This document shows positions 43,876-56,159 of a stretch of 64,000 bases of DNA, in pieces. The DNA is taken from positions 132,928,001-132,992,000 of the forward strand of contig OZ024742.1 of NCBI GenBank assembly GCA_964016885.1, read 5' to 3'. Made by a program: the position numbers and the translations under genes. The notes beneath the pieces were generated by a model. The model was given only the letters and a program-made list of their open reading frames with translations. It was not told the origin of the DNA and searched no databases. Position 1 is the stretch's first letter, and each line of letters starts with the position of its first letter. The DNA comes from Eledone cirrhosa (Eukaryota).

Positions 43876-44178
43876 TTTCATTAGTATTATATTAGTCATA
43901 GAAGAGAAATAATTGTTAGTTATCTGTTTGGCTACAATTAAAAGGGTTAATATCTATGTGAATTGCCGTCTATACACACAAGATAAAATAAATATTAAAG
44001 CACTGAATTATGAATATAACTAAAGGAAGAGGCGTAAAATGCAGCGCAGAAAGTAAATATGAACATAGCAATTAACCTGAACGAAAAATCGATAATTAAT
44101 CATTCCTTAATTCAATTTATTCGGTGGATTACGAGCCAAAAATATTACTATGAATATTATTATTACCATTATTATTAT

Positions 44179-45185
44179 TTGAAAGTTACTTTCAGTTCTG
44201 CTTCTTTCCCATATTATGCCGAGTGTCAATCTGACATCTGATGCAACAATCTTGTAACACACACGCTTTACAATGGATTGCCATACAAATGTTGCCATAG
44301 GGGCATAGACAAACAAAGGTATTCAAATAGATAATGCCCTTCACAGTATATGAATAGTGCCATTCAGCATTATTTTCTGTATATCTTGCAGAGAACGTTT
44401 TCCAGTTCCCATTTTTATCATTCCGTCTACACCGACAATCAATGGTATTGTATAGTCTTACAGATACCACATTTTCTCAATTTCAATTATCAGATCTTTA
44501 TATTTATTAAACCTTATGAACACTTTCTTGGAGATATCACGATCTAATGGAAGGCTCTTGTCAATTCAGGGGCATGTTTTCTTATTATGGTCTTTCACAA
44601 TTATATCAGCTCTGTTAGCCTTGATCATTATGTCGGCTTTCAAAGGTACTTCCCATGATAACATGACTTTATCGCCTCTTGTTAAGCAACTGGGTGATTG
44701 CTGTCCCATTTTGATCCTTTTCTATACTATAAAACATGCATATAACCCAGTGTAAATATTGCTCTTAATGTTCCTGCCACGTTTTATATTCCTGGCGAGC
44801 TAAAAGGTTGCAGCCTGAAACCAAGTGGTCAATGGTCACAACATGGTCATCGCAGAATCGATATTTTGAGTCATGTAATTTCAGATCATATTAGCTCCAA
44901 AGTTGTTCCTTGAAAATGACTGGCCGTGTGCAGCCAAAATTAAGCACTCCCTCTCTGCTTTCATCCCATAACTCCACTGATAGGTGAGAGGTTGCTCCAA
45001 ATCAGGTTCTATGTCATGGAGCTGACAATGCCCATGCAGTGGTTGTTGTCCCATTTCGTACACATTCCCGTTGCAATTCATGCTTGGCCAACATATTGAT
45101 GTTCTTTGCCGCTTTAATTGCATAATCAACAACATTTTCACCTGACATACGTGAGGACTACGTGCTCTACTTACCTTAAATCCCA
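44179..45185 (-). mobile_element. R4/Dong-clade LINE 3' part (CCHC region and RLE)
   Basis: QPLHG..TYQW..MKAERE..ILAA, TIDHLVSGC, NRADIIVKD, VIIGVDGMI; (TAA)n at its 3' flank. Confidence 0.82.
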
Positions 45186-45189
45186 ACTC

Positions 45190-46575
45190 AGCACCACATG
45201 AAAATTGTAGCTAACGCGGCGATCGGCAGATATGGAAGTTCGGTGAGACATGGATAAATGATTACAGCTGATCTGAGCATAGTGTAACCCCAATAGATGG
45301 CAATGAAAAACCTGTGTGAAATTAAAGAATAACAACCTGCCCTCTCCTATATTAATCATCATAAGCTGAAATCCAGCTACAATTTATTGTCCTGAAGTGC
45401 TCGTAGTTTATACAACAATATCCATCTTTTTTTATTATTACGTCAATCATTGCTAATCTATTTCTTATGGGCAGTAACGAAAACTACAACAATCTCCAAA
45501 CGGCTCGTTTTGACTGTAATTCTTACTCTACTGATTTACAACATTCAAATTGGCTTGAATTTTATGAATCTGGAGATGTGAATAGTATACTTCAGAACAT
45601 CCGGAATTCAATATGGGTGGCATGTGCAGCATCAGTACCACCTAAGCAAAAGCACCATCCAAAAATTGCAATTTGGGTGACTGCAGCTGTCTGACTGGCC
45701 AGGAAAGAATGAAATGATGCTGAACCAACATACAACCTACAGCGATCAGCGGTTAATAGAAAAAAGTGCAGTAGATGATCTTACTATCTCCAGCAGGTGG
45801 CAAAACTGGCAGTGCTCGAATTTGAACAGCGTATTGCAACCAACCCTGAGGGCAAAGTGTTCTGGCATATGCATGTTAAAGGCAGGGACACCACTCTCCA
45901 GTTGGTCCTCTTCACAATCCCCACACATGCGGGATTACTGACGATCCCAAAGAATTCGTAGAACTTATTGCTGAAGCTTATGCAGGCAAGTTTGCAGTTG
46001 AAAATCAATTAGTGCCATCTCCACCGCATCTGATATCAAATTCTATATCAGCTATGGAATTTACAGCTGCAATGCTGCAATGCCACCTCAATATATAGCG
46101 CAAATATGACTCTCCACTTAATGGTGTTACATACATGCTTGTCGAAAGTGGTGGGTACTTTCGCCTGCACCAGCTTTCAATCTTCTTCCAATTCTGCGTG
46201 TTACACCAGAACAGTGGAAAACTGCCAGTCTCATTCCTCTGTTTTAAAAGGGTGATCGAACGTCACCTATCAACTATCGTCTAATCAGTCTTACTTGCTG
46301 ATGGAGTCCAGTATCAGTGAAACACTCTGGACGTTCTAGAAGTCTCACAGCCTACTCCAGCTCTCACAATCAGGATTTATCCCTACTTCCAGCTACTGTG
46401 TTCAACTCATCGTGTTTCCTGAAGATATAACCCGAATCAATGATAGCGACTCATGACTGAATGTTATTTATCTTGCCTTTGCTAAAGCTTTTAATGCTGT
46501 GCCACACAAAAGGCTTAAGGCAAAACTCTCTGCAATGGATGTTAGAGATGATATTTATAACTGGTTGAAAGACAG
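45190..46575 (+). mobile_element. CR1/L2-group LINE fragment (linker and RT N-terminal motifs)
   Basis: WKTA..IP..KGDRTSPINYRLISLTC and VIYLAFAKAFNAVPHKRLKAKL..DIYNWLKD. Confidence 0.8.
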
Positions 46576-46599
46576 CATTTTTCTTTCCTACATAATCGC

Positions 46600-48480
46600 T
46601 GAACACCTTAATAAGTCAATCCAATTCGCTGTCATTTCTGGCATTCAGTTTCAAGACATCCATATAAAACAAATGATTTATGGTTTTACTGCGTATTCTG
46701 TAGCCATATTTTGTTTGGTTGAACGCTAGAAATAGAGGTGTGAGTATAATGCAAAATATCAGAGAAGAAGACGAATTCCTTAGAAAAATACCACAGTTAA
46801 TACTTATGTTGCTCGAATTTATATTTGCACCACCATGTGACAATGATGGAGTTCATTCCATATAACATGTTGTAGTTGAAGACGTCTGGAATTACTGGTG
46901 AAATTTTCAGAAAAGGCAATCTTTTCAAATGCGTTTGTATAACCAGTCCAAGCAGTACAACATTTTCTGCTTGTTATTACAGTTTAGTGAGATGTTGATA
47001 TTTGCAGCCGTATGACCGACAGCGAGAGCCTTTCTTCTCGACAGCGAACATATTACTTTCATCTATAAATGTTTCTGTTGTCTCAGTCAAGATTGAGGTG
47101 AACATTTTGTATGAGGAATGAAGGTCCAGATAGGACGAATAGTTTTTGGAATGTTTGTTTCTGTCGATTTTGGCACAGAATATGCTGTCTTCTGCAAATC
47201 AATCAGACATTTTCTCAGAGTTGTGCATAATTTCGTTATAATATTTTGCTACTTACGTATCATGGATAGCAGATAGTGATTTCCATTTCTTGGCTTTCTT
47301 TAATGCTATATCAAGTTCTTCCATAGATATGTCTTGTCAAGATTGCATTTCTAAATTGTTTTATGTTTCTCCCATGTTCTTCATCCATTCTGCATTCGCA
47401 TGATGAGATATTTCTGTACTCCATACTGTTTTCCCAAATCTATAAATTTCACGAATTGAAGGGGATTCCTTTACTTGAATTCTCTGTGTTCCTATTTCCC
47501 AGTAAAACCTTTTTGCGTCTGACATAAAACGCGTATTTTGCTTGTAAAAACCTATTTCGCTCCAAATATTCAGATTCCTTGAGTTTTCAGCTGTACTTTC
47601 TTTTTTCAGGATTTCTCTGATTGATGGAATATCAGGTTTTATTTGTTAATCCTTTTCCTTCATTTTTTTTATTTGATAGATTTCTCTGCATATATTTCAT
47701 CCAGGATTGATATTTCTCCCCTCATCATTTTAATGTGTTTTTCTCATTTTTTCATTTATCAGAGTTGTTTATTGAGTGTGCTGTGATGTTATCGCATTTT
47801 CCTTAACACATTTCCTTTCTATTACCGTTCTGCTGCATAAATATCGTCATTCAGTTCTCATATATCAGGCTCCATCACTTCAATTATTGCTATAACAGCC
47901 GGATTTCCACTTCTTATGTCTTTTATTCTGGTTGTTGCATGTCTATTTTTGGAAGGAATCCCTTTCACCCTTACATTATTTTTATTTTTCGAAGTTCATT
48001 GGAGATATCCACAGCCATATTGTCAACCTGTCTTTCAACTTGAACTTAGCTCTATTGTGTTTTTGATACTTTCAATTTTCTCTGAAAGCTCTCCAATACG
48101 TTTTGTAGTTTCTCTTCCATCACATATATTTGCATCTCTTTTTGATATTGGTATTCTCAAATCTGTTTCAACATTCTTCTCCATTTCATTTCATTTTACA
48201 TGTCAGTCTCCTATTTCTAAACTATATTTTCTTAAATTTGTAAGTTTTTTTTCTTCCAGGTGTGGTCTCATGTTTGGATTTATTTCTGAAAGAATTTGCC
48301 GTAAGTTTTGATATCAATGGTTTGCCCAATCAGTAATAGAATGCGTGTATCACTTGTTTATATCTTCTCCATTCCATTTGATATGTTGAGAGTTAGTCCT
48401 CCTTGCGGTCCTGTAATTCGAAGGCTTGGGTTGAGATTTTTCTTGTTCAAGTGACGATTCAAAACCGTGTCTAGTGAAGA
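46600..48480 (-). mobile_element. R4/Dong-clade LINE 5' part (N-terminus to RT motif C)
   Basis: INCGIF..SSLIFCIILTPL..YGY..TINHLFYMDVLKL, upstream PKTIRPI and an R4-type N-terminal region; decayed. Confidence 0.78.
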
Positions 48481-48829
48481 GCAACCCTACAGCTATAGTT
48501 TTAACATTTTTATAGCTCTATCTGTTCGCCATTTTCAAAAATACGTGCAGCTTATGAGAAGTTATTAGTTTAAAAAGTTGTGAAACAGTCTTTGTCTTCT
48601 TCATCTCCGACTGAAAGTGTTTCCGGTCATGTAGGCAATAACCTATCCAAATGTTGTAAGCAATAAAAATACAATAGCCGAAATAAGAAAAATTAATTCA
48701 ACATAAACTCTCCACCCTCACAAACCCTCTGTAGCTCGGATTCTTCACCTTCTTCTTCTTCTTCTTCGTATTATCATAATTATTTTTTCCATTATTATTT
48801 TTATTGCGCATCGTTATTGCTTTACCAAC

Positions 48830-50207
48830 GACAGCTCTGTGTACCTTAGGTGTGAGAAGTGTAGTTTTTGCTGATGTTGTTTCTATTGTATTGATATTAC
48901 TTCTTGCAATATGTGTGCAGTGCCTAGTAGTGCTATCTTTTGTATGCTGTATATATTGTTAAAACCTGGGGTTTGAGCTATGTATTTGTCTTTGTGTGCT
49001 TTTAGAATTCCTAGGGCACTTATTATTATAGGTATTGTTTGGCTTTCATCTCTCTGATTCTATGTATCAGTATATCCCAGAGAATGGTTGCTTTCATATT
49101 CTCTGAGACTTTTTCTGGTGTGTGTTTGCACCATAGTTTTTATGTTGGTATTTCATAGTGCGGGCCTAATTTCCATTGTATGAAGATCCCAACTCATGCC
49201 TTTGGATATATTAGTTTTTGGCTAGAACTGGGCATCTAGACGCTATGTGGTTTATTCTTTCTCCACATATTCTACAGTTACTAACAGTGCTTTGTTACAT
49301 TATGTACTTCTGGTAGTTTCTAGTAGGTAGACTAGTCATGCGCTGCAATTAGAAATATTTCCCTCTTAGCTTTTAGTCCAGTGCTTTGAAGTCAATGCTG
49401 TGTGTGTTTTTTTGTCTACTTCCTTTCTATTTAGTTTTTTAATGGGAATAAGCCATGTAAGGACTTCTCTTGCCATCGTTTTAATATGACATTCTTGATG
49501 TCGGTTTTCAATTTAAATTTTATGTCTTTCACACTTTCTGCTGTAGTGTTTTCTTTGTTTTCATTTTCCTCATAATTATCTCTTAGTACAGGTTTTGATT
49601 TGAAATTTTTGTCATCCTTGAATACCGAAAACAGTTTTTTGTTTCGTGGCTATTTGTATTAGCTTTCCTTTGTTTTTTATTAGGTATTTTTGTAGACCTA
49701 CAATAGTTATTTTATAAGAGATTTCTAGTTCCATAAGGCCCTTTCCTCCTTGGGTTCTTGATAGGTATAATATTTCTATGTCTGATTTTGGAAGGTGTAT
49801 TCTAAATGCGGTCATTACTTTTCTTGTTTTTTTTCTTCTATTCCAGCTAGTTCTTTTAGAGTCCATTTCAATGTTAAAGCTGTAGCTCATTACTGGGACT
49901 GCTAAAGAGTTGATGCCAATCACCTTATTCTTTGCAATTAGTTCAATTTAGAATATTAACCTATTTTCATTCATCCGTCTGTGTTGAAACTTATCTAGTT
50001 TGTTGATTCCTAAGTATCTGCATGTCTGATTTGGATCTAGTTCTCTTATTTCTGTTTCTTTATCTACCATGATATTATTGCTTTTTAGTTTCCCTCTCTG
50101 CCGTAGCACATTTTTCTAATCCACATGTCATACCTATTACGTTTGTGAATCTGTGTAAAGTTTGTAGCAGTGTTTAGAGTTGTTTATCATTTGTAGCATA
50201 CAGCTTT
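48830..50207 (-). mobile_element. R4/Dong-clade LINE, 5'-truncated at RT motif C
   Basis: KLYATND, YLG, INSLAVPVMSYSF, HLPKSDIEILYLSRTQGGKGL, INHIASRCPVLA, IPIIISALG, ALLGTAHIL; (TAA)n at its 3' flank. Confidence 0.85.
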
Positions 50208-50982
50208 CGGGATTAGGGAGTGCTTTTCTCGTGATGTGGGAAACAGAATGTTAAACCCATATCAAATCTTTTAAAGCGGTTCCCCAAAGAAAGTCCAACA
50301 AATAGTGAGGTTGAACCACCCGAACTCCACAAGTCCACGAGAGGTGACTTGGCCATTTTCCTCACTTTTAGCATGCCAAGATGGCCATTTTAATAGGGGG
50401 GTGTTTTAATGTCGATGGCCTGGGTTCATCCTGGAAGCAGGTTCGCCTGCTGAACGACCTCAGTTGACTAGATACGGATGCGACTGCCATCGGTGTGACC
50501 AGGGTTACCGACTTGCGTTGCTTGGACGAAAGAGGTTATTTGGTGGACCCGATGGAAAGGACTGACGACAGATACCTTTCACTTCGGCCAATCCCTCATC
50601 GACATTTTCAAGTTTAACTTGGGATGGTAGGTGAGGGTGGAGAGAGAAGTACTGCATCCCAGTACATTTGTTAAAAGGTGTGTGAATGTGGCGAGAATAG
50701 CCCGCGTTATACTCTGAACATGTACCTGTAGACTAATTAATTTGAGGGTGAGAAAGGTGCCCATCCCGGGTGACTCATGTACAGCACTGGTCATGAATCA
50801 CCCGACGCCTGGAAGCTGGTGGTTATCACTCCTATTTGGACATTTTCATTTTTGTATTTTTCTTGTTTATTGTTATTGTTTTAATATTGTTTACTCGCTT
50901 TTTGTGTAAACCCCCGCTGTCCCCCTGTATTGTATTGTCTTCTACATGTCGGCCCTTGTGGCCAATAAATGAAACAATTATT
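50208..50982 (+). mobile_element. internally deleted Tx1/L1-clade LINE (ORF1 end and APE start joined to ORF2 C-terminus and 3' UTR)
   Basis: AILIGGCFNVDGL..VRLLNDL matches the APE start at ~60770; VRVEREVL..FVKRCVNVARIARV matches 9700-9780; ends AATAAATGAAAC followed by (TTA)n. Confidence 0.75.
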
Positions 50983-50999
50983 AGTATCATTATTATTAT

Positions 51000-51220
51000 A
51001 GGATGGTGGATTAGCAGTATCGGCAGAGTGTCGGTTAAATATTTTTGCAGCATAGATTTACCGCCCTTTACTTTCTGAGTTCAAATCCCGCCGAGTTTAG
51101 TTTACCCTTTCCTGATTACGTGGTCGATAAAGTAAAGCACCAGTAATGTACTGGGGTCGATTTAATCAATTTCCATTCCTTTCAATTGCTTGCCTTGTGC
51201 CCTAAGTAGAAACAATTATT
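51000..51220 (+). mobile_element. tRNA-derived SINE
   Basis: ggtggattagcagtatcgg..gagttcaaatcccgccgag..gtcgataaagtaaagcaccagt..ctggggtcgat..gccttgtgccctaagtagaaac followed by (TTA)n. Confidence 0.88.
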
Positions 51221-51464
51221 ATTATCATCGTCATCATAATATCTTCCTCATCATTAAATCCTCCTCTTCACCATTCACCATTATTGCTTCTTTACATGCT
51301 GTCAATAATTTCCAGATCTAATATTTCGAAAAACTAAAAAAGGCAAAACATTCGATGATATAATCGAATTTTGTTACAAAATTAAACCATGTTCTAAACA
51401 ATTCTATAAAACGCGGAATTTCCATGCGTCATGCTGATATTATTATATTGCATTCGGAATATTA

Positions 51465-51600
51465 ATGGATTAGCAATATTCGTTAGAATGTCGGACAACA
51501 TTATATGTATATTTCTTGGATTTTCCTTTCTGAGTTCAAATATCACTAAGGTCAAATTTGCTTTTCTACCTTCCAGTGAAGAACTGGGGTGATTCCATTG
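51465..51600 (+). mobile_element. tRNA-derived SINE (partial, diverged)
   Basis: atggattagcaatattcgttagaatgtcggac..ctgagttcaaatatcactaaggtc. Confidence 0.6.
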
Positions 51601-51896
51601 TCTACATTCGCTCCATCGCAATAAACATAATATTTTAGTTTTATTGACAGTTTACAAGAAATTAAATGGACTTCTGTCTATATGAAGATTATTATTCCTG
51701 TTTTCGATGAATGGAACATTCTACAATTTAAAGTATCGTCTACACCTGATACAAGTTTCAAGAGGATTCAGGCTGTTACTCTGTTGAAAAAAAGGGGGAA
51801 ACCAGTGAGTGAGAAATAGAAAGGAATAAGTAGCAGGCAATTGGAGTCATATTCTAATTAGCATTAGATGTAAATAAAAAAAAATCCACTAAACTG

Positions 51897-52340
51897 CGAC
51901 ACCTTCTCCGCCTCCGGCTTAGTCGCTTCCGCCACAAACCCCGGCATCACGGCCCGCCTCGCAGAAGAACATAAAATAAACAAATACCGGGGTTTGTTCA
52001 GCCGCTTCTTTTTAGCACCAGTCACTGTCGAGAACTCAGGCGTACTTGGACCCCGTACTGCCGAACTCCTCCGCAAGATCGGAACGCCGACGGGCCGTCT
52101 GAGGAGGCAGCCACGCGAGGTTGGGTGGCTGTTGCAGTGGGTGTCACTGGCCATCATCCGAGGGAATGCTTTTGCCGTCTTGTTACTGGGGTGCAAAGCC
52201 AATCACCCTCTCCCTTCACGCCCGAGCTCTTGCCGCCCCTCTCCTCTCGTTCTTTTTCGTCTTTCTTTCTCTCTTTTTCTCTATATTTCCCTATATTTTC
52301 TCCCCGGGCCCTTATTTTAATATTGCACCTTGATAGTTGT
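51897..52340 (+). mobile_element. CRE-clade LINE 3' fragment (RLE C-terminus)
   Basis: GC-rich island: AEEHKINKYRGL..F.APVTVENSGVLGP..LL..IG..LLQWVSLAIIRGNAFAVL. Confidence 0.78.
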
Positions 52341-52360
52341 CATTATTTAAAAATAAATAA

Positions 52361-52575
52361 GGGCGGTGGATTGGCAGTATCGGTAGAGTCGGACACCATG
52401 CTTTACAGCATAGATGTACGGCCCTTTACGGTCTGAGTTCAAATCCCGCCGATGTTAACTTTACCTTTCATCCTTACGAGGTCGATAACATAAAGCACCA
52501 GTAACGCACTGGGATCGATTTAATCGACTTTCCCCTACCCCCGAAAAGAAATTGTGTCTAAACTAGAAATCAATA
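52361..52575 (+). mobile_element. tRNA-derived SINE, best-preserved copy; central block resembles the Meta/MESC domain
   Basis: A box tggcagtatcgg, B box gagttcaaatccc, centre cctttcatccttacgaggtcgataacataaagcaccag. Confidence 0.88.
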
Positions 52576-52727
52576 TTTTAAAATAAATACATTTCGTAAT
52601 ATATGGAAACCATATAACAGTATAAATTTAAACATTAAGAAATAGTTATGTTATTTATTATTGTATTTGAACTAACGTCGATGTTTAATAGGTGAAGAGC
52701 ATTTTAAACAACACTAACGATAATCGA

Positions 52728-53060
52728 GGTTTCAAATTTAGTTAGAAAGCGAAACATTTCGGGGCGAAGAAGGTAGAGAATATGCAGCTATAATTTCTGG
52801 TGCCTTAATTTATCAACTTTCGAATGATGAAATACAAAAGTGACCTCAGATGATTTTGAAAGAATATAATGGAATGTAGCGCATTTGTAATTCATCCGAT
52901 GCTCTAACGACTTTGCCACCCCACAGCCAATCACAAATAACGACAACAGCAAAAAAACTTAATAATAATAATATTAAGGATTCCAGGCCAGCAATTTGGG
53001 GTGGAGAAAATCGATTAAGTAGAGGCCCATTGCAATTCTGGGGCTTTATTTTATACACTA
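52728..53060 (-). mobile_element. two diverged SINE copies
   Basis: ttatcaactttcgaatgatgaaatacaaaagtgacctc and aggccagcaatttgggg..aatcgattaa. Confidence 0.6.
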
Positions 53061-53459
53061 ATATTAATGATAATAATTATACTTATCTCTTTATTGAATA
53101 CAAGGGCCTACATATAGGAAACACACACACACATTTATATATATACATACATACATGTATATATATATATGTATACACATATATGTATATATATATATAT
53201 AAATATATATATGTATATATATACATGTATATATATATGTACATATATATATATATATAAATATATATATATATGTACATATATATATACATGCATACAA
53301 TACAGAGAGGAAGAAGGAGAGAGACAGGCAGTGAGAGGGAAAAGTGAAACATCAACTTCAGGCACATGTGTAACATAATTGATTGTGTATCTATTTATCT
53401 ATCTATCTTCCTATTTCTCTCTCTCTTTCCCTCTTTCTCTCTTTCTCTCTCTATATCTT

Positions 53460-53518
<59 letters not shown>

Positions 53519-53520
<2 letters not shown>

Positions 53521-53862
53521 CAATATATTAACACATGGAAACTATATTTATAAAACCATATTTATTTCATTATACATATTTCAAGGACACCAAAGCAAAT
53601 TATGGTGCGCTTTCATCAGATAAACTATAATATAGATCAGTTTTATAAACAAATATTGACATACCCTTAAAGAATGCAATCATGTCGGTTCGAAGCTCCC
53701 GGATAGTGGGGATACTAATTTTATTATTGGTCTATTATGCAAATTAGTGTCGGAAAGGTTTAAATCCCATACATTTCCATTTGTTAATATATTGTATTTT
53801 TACTCCAAAAATGTGTTATAAAAGTATTTGCTTGTTGTATCCCAAAAAATTAAATATAACTT
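53519..53862 (-). mobile_element. second member of the 29560-31538 fold-back family
   Basis: Same acaat..tggaaa.ctatatttataaaaccata end; 22-bp inverted arm at ~53774-53795 plus an extension homologous to 29560-29645; microsatellite flanks. Confidence 0.75.
53568..53622 (-). ncRNA. minimal hammerhead
   Basis: tat-CTGATGA-aagcgcacca taatttgctt tggtgtcctt-GAAA-T-ATGT-A-TA^atg. Confidence 0.62.
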
Positions 53863-53864
53863 CT

Positions 53865-53954
<90 letters not shown>

Positions 53955-54302
53955 CTGTTTATGTGTTCATCTATCACATACATATCTAACACTAACCAAT
54001 GATTCTATTCTGAAAGCTGACAAACTGTCAATATAAAGACAGTAGTTTCTGAAGTGAAAATGATCTATGTTATTGACGTTTGTTCACGATGATTATTTGA
54101 ATAAACGAATCTCACAACTTCACGTTCTTTAATCAACTTATTTCCTCAACATTGGTCTGTGGCGAATGTATCACACCTCACTGGTTAGTACTCTAAAATT
54201 AGGAAATGATCAAAGAAAAGTTCATAGACATCTCATAAAAGACGATGCTTCAGAGGCAACCAACCGACACGACTGATTCTTTTCATGTGTGCATTCTTTA
54301 AA

Positions 54303-54355
<53 letters not shown>

Positions 54356-54357
54356 AA

Positions 54358-54438
<81 letters not shown>

Positions 54439-54735
54439 GTGTGTGTGTGTGTTTGTGTGTGAGCATGCGTGTGTGTGTTTCCGTGTTCGTTCATGCTAGT
54501 TATGGAAATTGTCATTTATAGCACCATATATGGTTATATATAGGTTTATTCATGATTTATGTTTGTTTATATATACATACACATTCATATACACATACAT
54601 ATACGTGCATGTATGTGTTTGTATATGTATATATATAAGTATGTATTTATGTATGTATCCATGCATGCCTGCATTTATCTATGCATACTATCGATCTATC
54701 TATTATGTATCTATATATCTATCTATCTATCTATC

Positions 54736-54807
<72 letters not shown>

Positions 54808-55131
54808 AACACGCAATAAATTGAGTCCAGATGCATCACTGATTTTTCGTTTTCTTTATACGACCTACACTCTACTCTGCTGAATATTGAGTATTAATTT
54901 TTGCATACAGCCTATGGAAGCCCCATAGCTACTATTATACACAATTATTTTATTCATCTAACTATCAGTATATATTTGTGCGTTTGAGTGCCTTAGTAAA
55001 CACATATCACACGCGTACACGCACAATTACCAACACATATAAACACAGACGTACAGACACACACACCCACACACACGCACACATACACATACACACATAT
55101 ACACTCATAAACACAGACGCACACACACACA

Positions 55132-55183
<52 letters not shown>

Positions 55184-55184
<1 letters not shown>

Positions 55185-55760
55185 TAGTTAAAGTACCCGT
55201 CCTTTGGACGGTTTAAGTAGCTTTCGATGTAGCTCATTAAACTAAACAAAGTAAATTTGAATACATAGAAGAAAAACGTATTTATGTAAACATGAAAACC
55301 TTACGCCCTATTCCAGCGAAATAATTAATATGTGAATCCGGTGTCATCCGTTATCCCAAGTAACAACATAAATCCAGTCTAGGTATAAATTTTTTTGACA
55401 ACAGTAAAACATTTTGTTCAAGTACAAAGAGTAAAGTAAAATCCGAATGAGCCGAATTGTAATAATCAAAATCCCAAAACAAAATGTTTGACAACATCAA
55501 AAATAAGTTCCTATTGTATTGACGAAAGAGAACTCTTGTCTTACTTGATCACAAAAATTGACACAAATAACCGAAATTTATTAATGTCTCTAAAGGCCCC
55601 AATATAGTTTTTTGAAAGCCTTTGTATATTATGTAGAAGTTTTGTGCAAGTAGAAGCTCTGTAAAAATGTTCAAAAAAATCACATGAATGGTTTAGAATA
55701 TATGAGCCTTCATTAACTATTGTCCACACACAGACACAACTTCAGCTTCATATATATACA
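55184..55760 (-). mobile_element. non-autonomous Helitron-type element
   Basis: Minus-strand 3' end: hairpin CCGTCC-aaa-GGACGG, 9 nt, then CTAG|T; 5' end A|TGTATATATATGAAGCTGAAG (expected TC degenerate). Confidence 0.68.
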
Positions 55761-55762
55761 TC

Positions 55763-55845
<83 letters not shown>

Positions 55846-56047
55846 ATATATTAGGTACAGGATTATCCTAGATATAGTAATGGTTAATTACTACACTGGA
55901 TATGGTTGACGTGCGGTGAGAGGTTACTCAACGAGTTATGAAAGAATTGTTGAAGAAACTTAGTTCCTGATCCTTCTGTATTCCGGAGTGTAGATAAAGA
56001 ATGAATAATAACAGGTAGACATCGTAAAAAAGGTAATTTATTACGTT

Positions 56048-56159
56048 TGCTTACAAATGTTTCCACGGTGGTAATACAGCCTAGTTATGCTATGTGCAAA
56101 TTTTCAACTATTTGCAGAACTCAAATATCAAATGCTGTGACTAATGTATCATCAGAGCA
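56048..56159 (-). ncRNA. hammerhead with ~85-nt helix II domain (left arm)
   Basis: TGCT-CTGATGA-[85 nt]-GAAAC-ATTT-GTA^AGCA; 4-bp helix I. Confidence 0.6.
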
